Assembly: GCA_000320545.1 (NCBI GenBank)
Contig: ADNK01002140.1
Location: 62,001 to 126,000 of the forward strand
DNA length: 64,000 nt
Direction: 5' to 3'
Source of the DNA: Bigelowiella natans CCMP2755
Taxonomy: Eukaryota; Protista; Cercozoa
Below the pieces are notes generated by a model. It did no database searches. It saw nothing but the letters and a program-made list of their open reading frames with translations, and was not told the origin of the DNA. Both the position numbers and the translations under genes were made by a program. Below, in pieces: positions 12,395-34,523 of the stretch; the stretch's first letter is position 1; each line of letters starts with the position of its first letter.

Positions 12395-14436
12395 GACCAG
12401 CAGCAGCAACAGTCATAGTAGGTATGATGATGCTTCAACGACTCAGGAAGAAGAAGTTAGTTATGAACGGATCATCCAAGCGATGTTAAGTGTTTTAAAA
12501 GAGAGAGGTGGACAAGTGCCAGCGTCTCTCCAGATTGCGACAGAAATAGACCATAAGGAGAAGAAGAAGAAAAAGAAGGAGCAAGAAGATAGTAGTTCTC
12601 GTGAGTCATGTGCAGGGATTTGGATTCGGGGCAGCAAGCTTCACGAAAACCTGATGGGAGTCTACAGACGGACAGAGAGGCTGGAAGATGGAAGGCCCAC
12701 ATTTCGACGACGGGTGGTACAACGACAACGCCGTCACCGTAGAATTCCTACTGGTAGCAGCAATGGAAGTAGTAATGAAAAAAATAATGAAGAAGACGAA
12801 GAAGAAGAAATAGAAGAAGAAGGAGAAGAAGAACCTGCGGTTGAGATGACAGGAGGAACAGGTCTCTTAGAGCTAGCTTACTATGATCAAATCCCTCGTG
12901 GATTCTGGGGAATAGCCCGTGGAGACGATGAATACCTTCCATTACACAAACTTGATAGTACGGGAACGCTAGCAGGACTAACAGCAGCTGCAGCATCCAG
13001 AACAGAAGAGAGGGACGGCGACAATGATGGTAGTACTGCTGGTAGATACAATCATAATGAAGACGATGTAGTCAATAATGGGTTGGTTTCTTCTTCTGCA
13101 TGGCTGGAGTATGCAGTTGAGCATAGGATTCTTCTCCCAAATACCAATATTACCACGGCTTGCGTGTCTGCGGCCGAACTTGCTGCTGCTGTTGAAGAAT
13201 TGCAGCAAGCGGAGGATAGTCGTAATAGGAGGAGGAGGAGGAGGGGGAGGAGGAGGAACACTGTAGTCATCAGAGGGGGTGGAAATGAAGATGAAGGTCA
13301 TGATTATGGTCAGGATAATGCTCCCCAGTTGAGAGCTTTGGCCCTTGCTGTGAAAGGCAGTAGGACAACTGTCAACGAGAGAAACTTAAAACTAGGGACT
13401 TGTCGTCCAGTATCATCATCATCATCGTCGTCATCATCATCATCATCATCATCTACTACGTGTCCTTTGCAGAATAACAACACTACTCCCCACAGCAGCA
13501 GCAGCAGCGCCAACTTTAAACCTAAAGAGGAGGAGGAGGAGTGCAAAATCACCAATCTCAGTGACATTATACTACCTCTATTCAACTCGACCGATCATCA
13601 CCATTATCATCATCATCTTTTAGGAGATTTTGAGGAAGAAGTAAAAGTCAGAACAGGCAATGACGAGGAAGGTGATGGCATGTGCATTGTCTACACCGAG
13701 AGATATGCAGGTTACGGAAGTTTTGATGAGTTTCTTGAAGCTCACGTTCCAACCATATTCAATTCTGGGAGTATGGAAGACCTCGTTGCTTTCTCTGAGG
13801 TGATGGATGAAGTATCTACGCCGGTAGTGAAGCTTGTCATGCTTGGTTTTGACACGGGGCTCTGGAGGGGGGTGCTGAATATATCTAGGGAAGATCTAGT
13901 CGCCGGATATGATTTCTCCATGAATCAGATCAAGGCCATATGGGCAATGTCCCGACGTCTAGAGATATCTCAGGATCATGCAGTGGAACTCCTTGATGTT
14001 GCGCTTGAGCCTCTTCCCATCCTTCAAGAATCATGGGCGCCTGTACTTGCTCTCATTGTCCTTGAGGCCCTAGACTACTATCAGCTAACACCTGATCTTC
14101 TGCTGCTGGACTTGAATGATACGGATATACGCCGACGAGTTATTCGAATGTTATGGAATTTGGGAGCTGATGCAATATCCCCGATTCGGTGGTTTGCGTT
14201 GGACCATGCGCATATTGATCGGTCACTCGTCCAGTTGTTAGAAGACATTGGAACCGAGGCATTGAAGAATGAAGACTCCCAAATCTTCCAGTTATGTTCT
14301 GATAGTCTCGTCGATATAATGATGGCAGTGCCTTCATCATCATCTGTGATTGTGATCCATCTTCTCCGTCTTCATGGTGTTGACCCTGTCAGTGTCAAGA
14401 TGGTGCTTCAAGCGGCAGAGCTGGTTGCAACTGGTG

Positions 14437-14473
<37 letters not shown>

Positions 14474-15445
14474 CGGAGGAGATTATCATCTTATTAGGGA
14501 TGGAGGAGGAGGGGGAGGAGGAGGAAAGGTAGTTCAGGGCTTGTTCATACAATGCCCCCCCCCCCTTCATCCTCTATCATCATCAAAGTTATATCGTATA
14601 CGGCAAGCGGTGGTGCATAACCGGGCGCTCGCTACCGCCCTTACTTCTCTAAATCGGCAAGGATGTTTTGGAAATGAAGGATACCAAGCCAATGCACTGT
14701 CAGACCTTTTCAGTCTAGCAGCAGCGTGTTTTGTAGTCTTTGGTCTCTATGCCTGCACACATGCCATACACGACGGGGGGTGCAAAAAAGGAGGGGCTAG
14801 CAGTCGAAGGCCGAGAGGAAAGCACCGTGCCTACCTTGCACGTGCAGCAGCCAAAGCGGCGGCGGCTGCCGCTGCTGCTGCTTCCATGTCCTCGCCTACT
14901 TCCTCTCATCGTGATTCTAGTCGGAAGATTAGCCACAAAAGAATGAACGACGGAGAAGATGACAGGGCTGAGAAGCAAGAAGAAAAATCCAAAACGCGAC
15001 AACGACGACGTGAGCAGAGGCGTAAGGAAGAGCAAGAGAGGAAACGCCTTCAGCGCGAAGAGCGTCGTCGTCTCGAAAAGCAGAGGCGCAAGGACCAGGC
15101 AAAGAAGCGTGAGCAAGAGAGAATGAAGATGAAAGAGAAGCTGGACATGGAAAAGAAGCTACTGCTTGAAGCAATGCGACGGGAAGAGGAGGCGGAACTT
15201 CAACGTGATTTGGAAGAGGAAACCCGTCGAGAGGAAATGCGGAAAGCAAGAGTGGAGGCGCAAGAGAGGCGTCGTCGTCAACGTGATAAAGAACGAAGAG
15301 GAGAGAATAAATCACGACAACAACGAGAGAAGAAGAAGGATAAGAAAAGGACAGTAGCAGCTGATATCACTGATACTACTACTTCTACTCCTTTTCCTTC
15401 TTCTTCTTCTTCTACTACTACTACTAATGCTACTACCTCTAAATT

Positions 15446-15477
<32 letters not shown>

Positions 15478-16722
15478 TGTCCCTTCACCTAGCGAAGAAG
15501 CCGCTACCTCATGCTGCAAAGGTAGTTACTACTGGTAGTAATAGTAGTAGTACCAATAGTAATTCTACAACTTGCACCGGAGGGGGTAAAGCACAACAAA
15601 GAGTAAAAGGAGGCCGCAGCAGAAGCAGCAACAACAATAGCAGTGGATCTGCAAAACGACGTAGAGGAGACATTATCACAGGGGGAGAGCAATGAATAAA
15701 CGTGCAGAAGGAATTCGTGCGGAGGAGTTGGCGACTGCTGCAGCTACAACATCGTCGTCATCGTCGTCATCATCATCATTACTACCCTCTGCTGCTGTAT
15801 CATCACCAGTCAATGTCGTTGTCGGTGAGAATACTAATACTACAGCAACAAGTAATGATGCTACTACTTCTACTACTGGTGCAGAGAAGATTGATCTTGC
15901 CCAGAATAACAACAATACCATCAGAAAGAGCAACAGTAGTAAATCTGGCCTCCTCCCATTCGATGGAGGAAGGGGCAAGGGCAGGATACGAGCAACGATA
16001 GCAACAACTGAAGGAGAGCAGAAAATCGTTAAATTGAACATCAGTACTACAACACAACAAAAGCAGCAGCAGCAATATGTGCAAGTTAATAGGCGCAAGG
16101 GTGTAATAATAGCACCAGTAGCTGCTAGTAGCAGCACCACCACTGCTACTACTAAAAGGCATCAACAACAACAACAACGATACCATCATCATTTATTTCC
16201 TCCTCCTAGTTTCCAAAGGGAGGGGGGTGTTCTTCGTCCCACATCCTTTTCTTCTTCTTCCTCCTCCTCCTCTTCCTCCTCTCCCTCTTTATCGGCCACT
16301 GCTATAACCACTACTACTACGACGACTACTACTATTACTTCTACATCCCACCAGTCGTTTTTCTCAGCATTATCTGCAACTTCAAAGAGTAAAAGTAGCA
16401 GTACTAGTACTAGTATTGCTAGCAACAATACCAGTATTCGGGGTGATGATGATGCTACTACTAATACGATGACTAGCGAGCAGCAGCAGGTGGTACATCA
16501 AGAGCACAAGGAGAAGAAGAAGATAAAGGAGCAGACAAAGCAGTCTAAAGAAGAAGAAGAAGAAGAAGAAGAGCAGCAATTCTACCAGATGATGAAGCCG
16601 TTGCAATCGAAGGAGGAGGAGGAGAAGAAAACAAAGAGGAACACGGCAAGAAAGCACAGTAATATCATGGCTGCTGCTGCTGCTGCTGCTGCTTCTTCTT
16701 CTTCTTCTTCTTCTGTTGTTTT

Positions 16723-16755
<33 letters not shown>

Positions 16756-18398
16756 TGTCTTCGAACGAGCTCTAGGGGCAAGGAGGAGCATCATCTCTCC
16801 TCCCACCTCCTTCTCTGCCTCCACCACCATCACCGCCACCACCGCCTGCTCCTCCGCTTTAGCCTCCTCCTCCTCCTCCTCCTCCTCCTCCTCCTCCTCA
16901 TTACCATCATCATCATCATCCACACACACAACGCGAAGAAGATTTCTCGAATCGTTGACTAGCTTGAGTAAGAGAAGTAATGATAAATATGGAAATAATG
17001 TGGTAAGACAACCACTGCAGCAGCAGCAGTATCCTCCTCCATTGGCAGCACACAATCCATTCCTTATGCTCTCCCCCTCTTCGATATTCACAGCGGTGCC
17101 TGGGGGGAGGAGTACCGTACAGGTGAGGACGTCACCATCGAAAGCAACAAGTACATCAACAATAAGAACGACGACCGAAGACATCTCTTCTTCTTCTTCC
17201 TCCTCCTCCTCCTCCTCCTCCTCTCCCTCCTCCTCCTCCTGGGGGGGGAGATCTGCAATAGCACCTTCCCATCATCATCCTCAGAAGAATAATAGTCCAT
17301 TAGGAGAAATGGGAGTAGATGTAAGGACGAGCAGGAAGAAGAAGAAGAAGAAGGCCATGAGCAGCAGCAGACTTCCAGTAGGATATGGTGTTTCAATATC
17401 ATCTTCTCCCCTTCTAGCGCATGATAGTAGCAGCCCAGAAAGCAGAAGAAGGAGGACCAGCAGCAGCAGGTTACTACAGCTGCTGCCCCGAAAATCGTTT
17501 CGAAACACGACGACGACTCCTACCACGACTCCTCCAAAGATGACAACAATAGAGAAAACAGCAGGAGCATCAAGCTCATCATCATCGTCATCATCAACAA
17601 CCTCTTCAGCAGCAGCTGCAACCACACTACTACTACAACAGCTCCTCGACACCACCTCTCCTTCCCCTGCCACTGCTACTGCTGGCACACCCGTAAAAAC
17701 AACTCAAAATGTGGGATTAATCCAGAAGTACATTCAGGAAGATATGCAACGACAACACCAACAACAACGACTAGCGGCAGAAGTCAAGGTAGTAGTAGTG
17801 ACAGCACACTGCTGCAGTGCGTATTAAGCGGCATGCAATAAGAAGCTGCTTTCGACGATAAGATTTCATACTTCTCACATCGTACTAGCATCCAGAGTAA
17901 GAGCAGCGAGTGGTGGTGGGGGTGGGGCGAGGAAAGCATGACTTGATTATTCTGACCCATAATGTGAAGTCGTGATTATGAATTCATCCTGATCTTTCTC
18001 CCTGAGGATTTACTCAATAATTTCCTTATTGCTACTGCGTAGGAAACAGAAGGAGGGGCAGTAGCAGCAGAAGAAGAGGAAGGCCAACATAGGCAAAGAA
18101 AAGGAGGAGGAGGAGGAGGAGGAGGAGGAGGAGGAGGATGGGGGAAACTATCGTCAAACGATGGAGGCAGGGGAGGAGTGATGATGATGCCCATTACTCA
18201 AGTAATACACTAGTATCGATCATTTATTAGCATGGTTCTTCCTCATCATCATCATCATCATCATCATCATTACCACCACCATCAAGAGTTTATTCATCCT
18301 ATCCAACTTTTCTTCCTGATTCTCAGCTCCTCGCTATGCGTCCACCTCTACGTGCTGTCCTAGATGGTGATAATGGCGACGATGACAAGAAAGAATAA
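11651..18398 (+). CDS. Large signal-peptide, single-pass membrane protein with coiled-coil and long Ser/Thr/Gln low-complexity tail (spliced)
   Basis: MLNVFLPLIVLVLFSPLSVLKA signal peptide; three short exons splice into the 1129-aa ORF; TM segment LFSLAAACFVVFGLYA followed by an E/R/K coiled coil; a putative 122-nt intron 15586-15707 joins the 711-aa ORF; final exon stop at about 18398. Confidence 0.65.
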
Positions 18399-19130
18399 TG
18401 ATGACGACAATGGTAGATCCATGGTACTTTGTCGTGATACTACCACTGGTATATAGATTATTAGATTATTTAGATTTATATACACACTGATATACCATAT
18501 ACATTTATAATTATACTCATATCTTATTCATATATCTTATTGACACCTTATACTATCTCCATGCTCTTTAATAATATTTGTGCACGAACGTTAAATTGAA
18601 GTAGAAGAAGGGAATATTGATTCTAAAATATTATCCAGAGATTCATTGCGGTTTGCCAATGAATGGAGGGGGAAACCATGGTTATTTAGGATATAGTTAT
18701 ATTCAAATATTTGGTGAGCATGGAAAGTTTGTGGTCCAAGCCTGGCTTGTAGCCTAACTTGATACGAAACCAAAAGTTTAATTTCCGTCAGACTGAAAAC
18801 TGCAATCTTTAATTTTACTTTGATTAAATCCGCTATTATCTTTAGAGTTAGTTGTCCATGAATTATTGCACTTCGCACAATTTTAAATTTGCACACTGGT
18901 TGTGCAAGAAGCCATTATTTCCATAATGGGGCACCATAATTTACTGCGCGGGCTTCAAAAATACTTTTGTTCAACGCACATATGGTACGGTGTGGTTTGC
19001 CCGATAATACACTCACTTACACACTCGCATAATTATCGAATATGCACAGCTGCGCCACCTAGCTACGTTTGCATTGCTGTTGCACGTGCACTGCTTACGT
19101 ACTGCTGCCGTACACACAAGCACAGTCGTA

Positions 19131-19228
19131 TATAAGACTGATGTAATGAATTGATTAAATCTTTTCAATGGTCACCCTAATGTAGCTGTGCAATGCAGCG
19201 ACTACAGCGCTTGCATTGTCTAGTTGTG
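19131..19228 (+). repeat. Dispersed ~100-bp repeat, copy 1
   Basis: gatgtaatgaattgattaaatcttttcaatggtcaccctaatgtagct aligns with 60990-61100. Confidence 0.8.
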
Positions 19229-19575
19229 CCTATTTGTTTCCACATTGTCACGTGCGTGTTTCATCATGCATGACTGAAAGCATCTTCTCTGTTGCGCCAT
19301 GCATAGCACTTAAGTACCGGGTGCATATCTACAACCATGCGTCACAAGACAAATGCACGTAAATATTGCTAGCTGTGTCGTGACGTATATACTCTAGGCG
19401 TTGCGTGTAATTTAATGCACTCATGGGCACTGACACAGACCAACGTGTAGCACTAGAGCATGGCATGCCTAGCTAGAATAAGCATGCGTGCAGCGCCTGG
19501 AGATGACATCGCTATTATTATACCTGCATGCTTAATATTGCATGCACAAGCTCTATAACAATGTGGAATAATTTT

Positions 19576-19612
<37 letters not shown>

Positions 19613-19811
19613 CGCTCATGTATCATCAGATAATGGTTTCCTGAACGCTGGTAGCACATAATAGCAGTAGCTGGTCACCGCATAATTACACCAAACGACT
19701 AGACGATCGTTGCAGTAGACAATCCGAAAAATCTAACTTATCCTTTCAGCCATGCATCTAACATCCTTGCATACTTAGAAGCCATTATGGAATACTAGTT
19801 ACTAGATTGTC

Positions 19812-22296
19812 TCATTGGTCGACTTTATCATCTATTAGAGTTGGTCTTGAGGTGAGATAATAAGCTAGTCCAAAGTACGGAATAAACCGAGCAGCGAGCA
19901 GGGCTGATTTCGATGTTGCGCCTTCGTTGAAAATAATATACACGTCAACTAGTTTTGCAGTATCTCAATGTCGAGTACAAGTACCTCTCTCGCTACGGCG
20001 GAGAACATCATCTTCCACCAGCCAGGACTGAAACACACTCAAGCACACAGCATCAACTATGAATGCCCAGGCTAACCTGTCGGTCTTCACAAGTTCCAAG
20101 AACGACTCCCATCGTACATCAAATGGTCCTTGATTTTAATGAAATGAAAAGAAGACGATATGCCAAGGATGAGGGAGGGATATTACTGCTGAAAGATGTT
20201 ACAACTATAAAGTTTTGCCTCGACGATCAGTATTGACGTTTTAGGGACTGTTGACCAAATTCCTGTCGTCCTAATAGAGCCCATGCAATGGAGAGAAGGC
20301 CTACCAACCCTAGTAACCGCCCAAAATTCTTACTCTCCGTGACCGATTCTAGCATATTGAGCTCCTTGGTGTCTTTTAGAATCACGTAAGCAACAACGGT
20401 AGCAAGTGGTTGGTGATCAATGCTCTGGTGTATGGAAAGCATCTAATACATACTATCTCAAAGGGTATTGCTACCATCCAATGACAACGCTTTGCCTGTG
20501 GGTTCTCTGATTGCTAGATATGGTAAATAAACCTACAGTCGATGGAATCACCACTATTATCATCATCCTCATCACTTCTCTTCTTCATCGTGATTTGTAT
20601 TTTGAAAAAAACATGCTCTTCAATGTGCTGCCTCTCTAATATATAGGTTGTAAAGCAGAAGGAGTAAGGACTGCACTCCTCCATACATCTCTACCTTGGT
20701 TCGAAATATATGAAATTGCAAGCACGTCTCAAATATATCATTTTCAAGAACTTTCTGATCGTCGTTCATGATTTTTGGAAATGTATTAAGCAACCGCGTT
20801 GGTGAGAAAAGGCATCATCGCCAAGAAAGGAAGCATTTTCACCCGCCTTTGGTACCTCTCCTATCGTTAAACGAGCTGTTGGTCTTATCGTATGATACGG
20901 GATCATTCCCCAATAATAAGAAGAAACTAATTGGTAGCAGTAGTAGTAGTAGCAGCAGCAGTAGTAGTAGTAGTAGTTGTTGTTGAGGAGTCACCTCAGA
21001 GTAGAAGCCAAACATCATTATCATCCAGGTAACTACGAAATTGAAAAGGCCTTCCATGACAGGATTGATACTGGGAACCCAATCAAAATTGAGGGCAGGA
21101 AGAATAAACCTAGTTGTCAGGCCATAGACGGACGTCGTTGTGGAAAGACAAGCAAAGAGTCAGTGTACTCGTCACATCATCATCATTATCCTCATCATCA
21201 TCCTTTGAGAAATGTTGTTGATGGTTGGCTAAAATCACCAATATCCTATATTTGTAGCTCTTCGTGTCTACTGACCAGAAGTTTTCTGATAGTTCCATTG
21301 CAAGCTTCAATGTGCTAGGATCCGAATTAACTAGGCTATTCCCTGCGTATGTACACATCTCAGAAATCACACAGACGATATGACGATGATATTAGTGATA
21401 ATGGTGATAATGATGATGATGATGATGATTATGATCATTGCTACAATCATTGTTATAATTGGTGTTATGATGACGATAGTGATGATGATGATGACGACGA
21501 TGACGGTAGACCACATGTTAGTGATGTTGGTGATGGTGATATGGTAAAGATGATTGTTACCGGGAGGCAGTTCAGAAACAAATACCCAATATATGTAGAG
21601 TAGCGTAGCGACTGAGGGGGAGAGAGAGGTGGAGAATCATAACTTAAAAAGCTATGTGTGCCCGAAACACGGTATGACTTACCTGCAGGAATGCTCTTTC
21701 CGGCTACCGAGCCTGAAAATGTACTTAAGTCTTTATCTGCCTCTTCCCCAGCCTTCTACAAAAACATTGATAAGGGATGTAAAAAGGAAGGAGTAGATTG
21801 CGATTAACGAGTAGTATCACCTTGGCGGATGGTGCTGAGAACAAACTGCTCCTCTTCCTTTTCTTCAATATTTTGGAAGCAGACCATTGCTGTATTCTTT
21901 CTCCATGCAGACCAAACCTGTGTCGCTGCAACTGTTGACTGCTATGGCCGCGGGAAGGGCCTGATTATCAACAATACTAGTCCGATTCGTTCGCAATTCC
22001 GAAACATCTTATGTTTGCCACATCTCTCCCCCTCCCTCCGTACCCTCTTTACAACTATTTGCACTCCTTCACTCTATTATCTTCTCTGATTCCCATTGCA
22101 AAATGACATGGTTGGTCGTTTCCTATCGTAATGAAAAGTCTCTCCTCCTCCTCCTCCTCCTCCTCTATCACATTCCAAATTCATTACCGCTGCCTAATTT
22201 GACGATAGCTTGAACATGTAAAGGAGAATAGTTACGTACGGATGTAGAGTAACCGGAATTTGTAATGAGAAGGAGAACCAGCAAGCATAACTGCAT
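19812..22296 (-). CDS. Plastid-type multi-pass membrane protein, DUF2834-like (spliced)
   Basis: Spliced exons read FILPALNFDWVPSINPVMEGLFNFVVTW..., KMLPFLAMMPFLTNA, YLAIREP, FGRLLGLVGLLSIAWALLGR, RWESFLELVKTDRLAWAFIVDAVCLSVFQSWLVEDD, RFIPYFGLAYYL...*. Resembles the cyanobacterial/plastid DUF2834-like membrane family. Start position uncertain. Confidence 0.7.
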
Positions 22297-22580
22297 GCTT
22301 GATGTTAAAGATAAGTTTTGAGGGAGTGGGGAGGGAGGGGGAGGTGGAGGGGCCACGTGGAGTCTACGTAGAGTTGTTGCGAGTGTTGTTTATCATTTCA
22401 TATCAGGCAAGAAATCAAAGGTCAATTCTTGCTTCGTATCTATATATCTGCAGAATCCTCATTTTCCAAATGATTAAGTGGATATTATCCACATAAATCT
22501 TAGTCTAAAATTACTGCCGTGCTGGCCAACATTCGACAACAGCCATCGGCAACGGTGACGACGACCTCGACCACCGGGTT

Positions 22581-29628
<7,048 letters not shown>

Positions 29629-30478
29629 TAGTGCCAGTGGCCGTGATTGGAATGCTAGCAAATCAAAGGGTTTTCCCATCGATCACTTATGCATCCGTAG
29701 CAATATCTAGATACACAACATGAACCAGAAAGTAGCAATATTGTGAGCAATCCTACTTGGCTGCAGCAGTCTAGCTGATACGTCTGGACGTCGATGATAT
29801 CATGGTGTAGATATGCGTGTTGTCCCATTTGTAGCCACATATGCAGTGCTAGAGTGGTTCTTCATCACAGACTCGCATCACCTTCAATTATTTGATCATC
29901 AGCTATAGTAGGAAGAATGACGGCATGTCTGATACAACATGAGATTTCTGTGTGGCAAGCTAGCAAGTCTATTATTATTGAACATCGGGACTTGGTGCGT
30001 GCAGCTAGCTACGTGTGAATTTGTATGCACTCAAGGCTTCATTACAGTTTACAACTAGACATCATACTAGCGTATGCTTCGCATCGCAGCACGCAGCGAA
30101 TAATAATGAATAAAGAGCGGCGCATTGCGATATAGAGGATCGACCAGGCTAGCAGGACTGACGTATTAGCACAATGCTAAACAGTGTGCAGCAGCTTTGT
30201 AGGCAATATAGATGAAGGTGCTAGTCTAGCACGTGCTCGACATAGCATCCTGCTTGCAACATACGTAGTAGCTGTTTGAGCTGTTTCTAGTTACAAGATG
30301 ACTAGATACGATATGGTTTGTAGCAATTTCATTTTTTGCAGTATTCATGATGATAGACATGTAATACAATATATATAATGCTTCATCGGACATGCCAATG
30401 CATTGTTTGAATTTGACTACACGTACTGAGCATTACTCTCCTCTGGAATTTAATGAAGATAAGAGTGCTCGTCTTACA

Positions 30479-30529
<51 letters not shown>

Positions 30530-30685
30530 CATAAATGCAGTTGAATTGCTACCACGGCAGCAGACCATTCTGGACCATCCATATTACGGTATTAACGCAT
30601 GATGCTGTTCAATAGGCAAGAGGATTCCAGGCTGCTGCTGTCATGCATCGATCCTAAAGCTATTTATGCCACTACGGCCTTAATC

Positions 30686-30971
30686 TTAAATCTTCTCAAT
30701 GTAGTCCATCTTGAACTCATCCATTGAGTTGAGAACGAAGTCAGCTGCTCCAAATCTGTAGCCATTTATAATTCAATCATCATCGTCACTTTGCTACCCA
30801 AGTGCATACCACCACCACCACCACCACCACCATCATCATCATCCTCATTCACCTTGCAGGGTCTGCAATAGGCATTCTTCCATCAGGAAGTGCCGCGCAA
30901 TACCTAAGAGGTTGTTGTGAACGGCGAATAAGAAGAAGAAAAAGAAGAAGATGGGCGTGATGAGTGAGGGA

Positions 30972-31003
<32 letters not shown>

Positions 31004-31562
31004 TATCATTACAATCAAGACACATGATCATATCTGTATGCTAGTATGTGTGGTACATGTTTCCAGCCTTAGCGCCTTGGAGACCAAATGGAGAATCTTC
31101 AAACACGAGGCAGTTCTCTGGCTTAACACCTTGATGAGAGAATGATGATGATGAGTATAATTGACTTAATCAATGTTGTGTTTGAGGAAGCTGTAAGGAT
31201 CATTATCATCATCATCATCATCATCATTGACTTCCTATTAGCCAGTTGAAGCATCTCCACTACTTTACTTATGATGTCGTGTTCATGTCGTCGTTAAATT
31301 GTAGGATGATGATCATCATGATTCACTCCTATAGAAAATACCAAGTTTACGAGCTGCTGCAAGGAAAATATCAGGTGCAGGTTTTCCTGCCTTGATCTCT
31401 GGATCGTCACCTGCGAAGAAGAAGAAGATGAAGAAGAAGAAGAAGAAGAAGAAGAAGAAGAAGAAGAGGAGGACAGAGCAAAGGAAAAAAAAAGAGAATG
31501 AATGCGGAGATAACAACAAAGTAGAAACAAGTTTATTCGTTTGCTCGAATCGATAAATTACA

Positions 31563-31612
<50 letters not shown>

Positions 31613-31863
31613 AACAGAATATAGCAACACTCACACATAATAATGAGACAGCACAAACACCAAATGTTGTGAAGCACACATCATCAGTTGGTATGATGAT
31701 AGTAGTATGCATTTATGTGAGGAGGCGGAATATGTAGCAATGAAGATACTACAAGTTTACCTGGCTGGACAATATCCATCATTTCCAACAGCTCTGGGTG
31801 AAACTTAAGCTTCTTCTCGATAGAAAGCCTGCAGCAGATAATACATAAATATTCATCGATTAT

Positions 31864-31894
<31 letters not shown>

Positions 31895-32818
31895 CAGTAG
31901 TAGTAGATCACGATGGAAGGAGGAAGCAAGGTATTGCTGTGACACAAGGATGCTTTGATTTAACCTTACCTCTCTGAGGATGAAGCAACAGCAACTTTGT
32001 AGCCTGCAGCCTAGGCAAGAGTATTAAATAATAAGAGAGAGAAAGAAGAAGAATTCTGTTGTGTTACGCCAGTCGCGCCAAAAAGGGAGGTTGGACGATC
32101 GAAAACCAACGAGTTGTTATGTAATGAATGTGGTAGTATCACATTTTTTTGCTCCTTTTGATTGATAATGCCGATTGCTTCAAAGATACACGATGATATG
32201 TTTTTCTGCCGTTCCCCCCCCCCCTCCCCCTCTCATCACTCACATGGACACGTCACACGTTTATTATTTTATTATTATTATTATTATTATTATTATCATT
32301 ATTATTATTACCTTGAGGTTCTTCACCAGGTTCAGAGCTCCAGGCATTAGAGGCATGCTTGGGTAGTACTCAGGCATCTTTGCAAGGTACATCTCCACGT
32401 ACTGAATGCATCATCATCATTTCGTATTATTGGAATTATTATCGTTATTAGTATTATTATCATGGTACGCATCGTTAATGACGACAAGAGAACACATTGG
32501 GCATATCCCGTATACACAACGCGAAAGAGCACTTAAAACAGCTACCATCTCTACTGCTAGTGCTGCTGGTAGTGGTTCTACCTTTTCAGGGGAGAGGACA
32601 TCAGGGGATATGCCACACTGCTCCAAAATCTCTGCAGACCACTCGCTAATCATCATTTATTATTATCGAAATTATTGAGAAAAAGGAGGAGGAGGAGGAG
32701 GAGAAGAATTGCCGACTACTACACAAATTTCTACAGGAGGGCACAACCACTACAATACACATACGAAAATGACTAATCCGTACGTCATCAACGCAATCGT
32801 GGTTTCTATGACCAGTCA

Positions 32819-32889
<71 letters not shown>

Positions 32890-33247
32890 CGTGCGTTCCT
32901 GACAATGGTGGCTATGCATATCCCCCACTCACGACGACCTTCTTACATACTAATACCTGGCTCTACGTCCAACGATTGTTCCGTGCATTTCCCTGGTGAA
33001 ATAAAGAAATAAAGAAAGAAAGCCCTTCAGTCAGATGTCAACTAAAAACAAAAATCCCTCGTACATGGTGTAGGGTGAAATTTAGAGTCGTCATCTTTTT
33101 GTGCTAGTTTCTCAGTTGGCTGGAAGTTGTACAGACCATGTGAGAGCTGCCTTTCCGGTGCTATTATAAGGCTCCAGGACCTACGACAAGAGGAGGAGGA
33201 GGAGGAGGACGAAATTGTTATTGGTGAAGTGGTGATGGAGCAGGAGG

Positions 33248-33292
<45 letters not shown>

Positions 33293-33939
33293 ATACATGT
33301 TTACACACCTTGTTGAGTGCATCATGAGATCCTCCTTCGAAATCAAGAAGCGTTCCATCCAAATCGAATAAGACAGCTTCGATCTTCAGGGGAGAGTCGA
33401 TCCGGATTTCAGGATCCTGATGATGATGATGATGATGATGACGATGATGATAATCGATAATTGAAAGCCATGATAATATCGCTACTACTGTGTATCATTC
33501 CCATTTTCTCTTGATGAAATGTATTAATACTCTAGATATGTTCGTTAATTTAAATATACGTGAATATTGATGGTATGTATCAGATATTTCTCAATACTTT
33601 AAGAGCAGCAGCTTCTGTCTTCGAAGCAAGGGAAAGACCCTGGTGTCGCTGTCCTAGATGAGGGCGCCGAATAGCGGTACGCAAGGGAGCCATGCATCCT
33701 TTACTTGCGACTGCCATTGTAGCACCCCTCCCAATTGTTGCAGCAGCAGCATCATACTCTCTACCGGAAGTAGTAAACCAGCACAGGCCAACGATGCCGC
33801 ATAAGCATGCTAGGCTGATAACCAAGCCTTAAATATCAACAAATCATCACACAATTCCTTCATTCTACAGGCATTCAAACATTTTACCTTGCTTCTTGCT
33901 CGGCCTGGAAATTTGTTTGCTGAGTAGAGGCCTATACAT
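30686..33939 (-). CDS. HAD-superfamily phosphatase (HDHD1/pseudouridine-5'-phosphatase/GPP-like) with N-terminal targeting extension
   Basis: Motif I AVLFDLDGTLLD; LMPGA; VAVASSS; GDDPEIKAGKPAPDIFLAAA; CLVFEDSPFG; ends ADFVLNSMDEFKMDYIEKI*. Confidence 0.9.
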
Positions 33940-34354
33940 GGAGTGCCAGGAGGTGGGGATCGACGTATCTACCACGTGACAAATGAGCCTAGATTTTGAT
34001 GCTGAAATAATTTTGCGGCAGTAGTAAGAGGAAGACGCAGACTCCTCGAGATCTCTGAAGGACTCCATCACCAACAAAGGCTTAAATACAATGGAATTTA
34101 AGGGATGCGACAACATCTATTGATTATTTTTCAATTTTGTAATTATGAGTTTTCCCCCAAAGGATTTGAAGTTTTGGTTTAGGTAATGTTCCGATGCTTT
34201 CTCTTGATGTGGAGATACATTCTTCATGTGGCCTGCTTTGGATACGATGGCGCTTTTATGAATCATTAGATACGATATATTGGTCTCTAATTATTTACTT
34301 ATTAACAACAACACCTACAACAACAGAATAGAACGGAATAAGCCTACCACTGTA

Positions 34355-34474
34355 ATGGACGATCGAACTCAGAGTCACTCACTGTGCTCATGCCAGTCCA
34401 TTACTTATGTTGGTTTAGCTATTTATGTTGCATCAACTGCAGCTGTGGTTTACAGGTACCTCATTACGAAGCTC

Positions 34475-34523
<49 letters not shown>

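Noticed and set aside
15586-15707. ATGA stop/start overlap between the 1129-aa and 711-aa ORFs, suggesting translational coupling or a programmed frameshift
   Set aside because: A GT..AG intron at 15586-15707 (122 nt) joins the two frames, which is the simpler explanation in an intron-rich genome.
30686-33939. HAD phosphatase as the mannitol-1-phosphatase partner of M1PDH
   Set aside because: Its motifs fit the HDHD1/GPP-like subfamily, it lies 13 kb away, and nothing supports a cluster.
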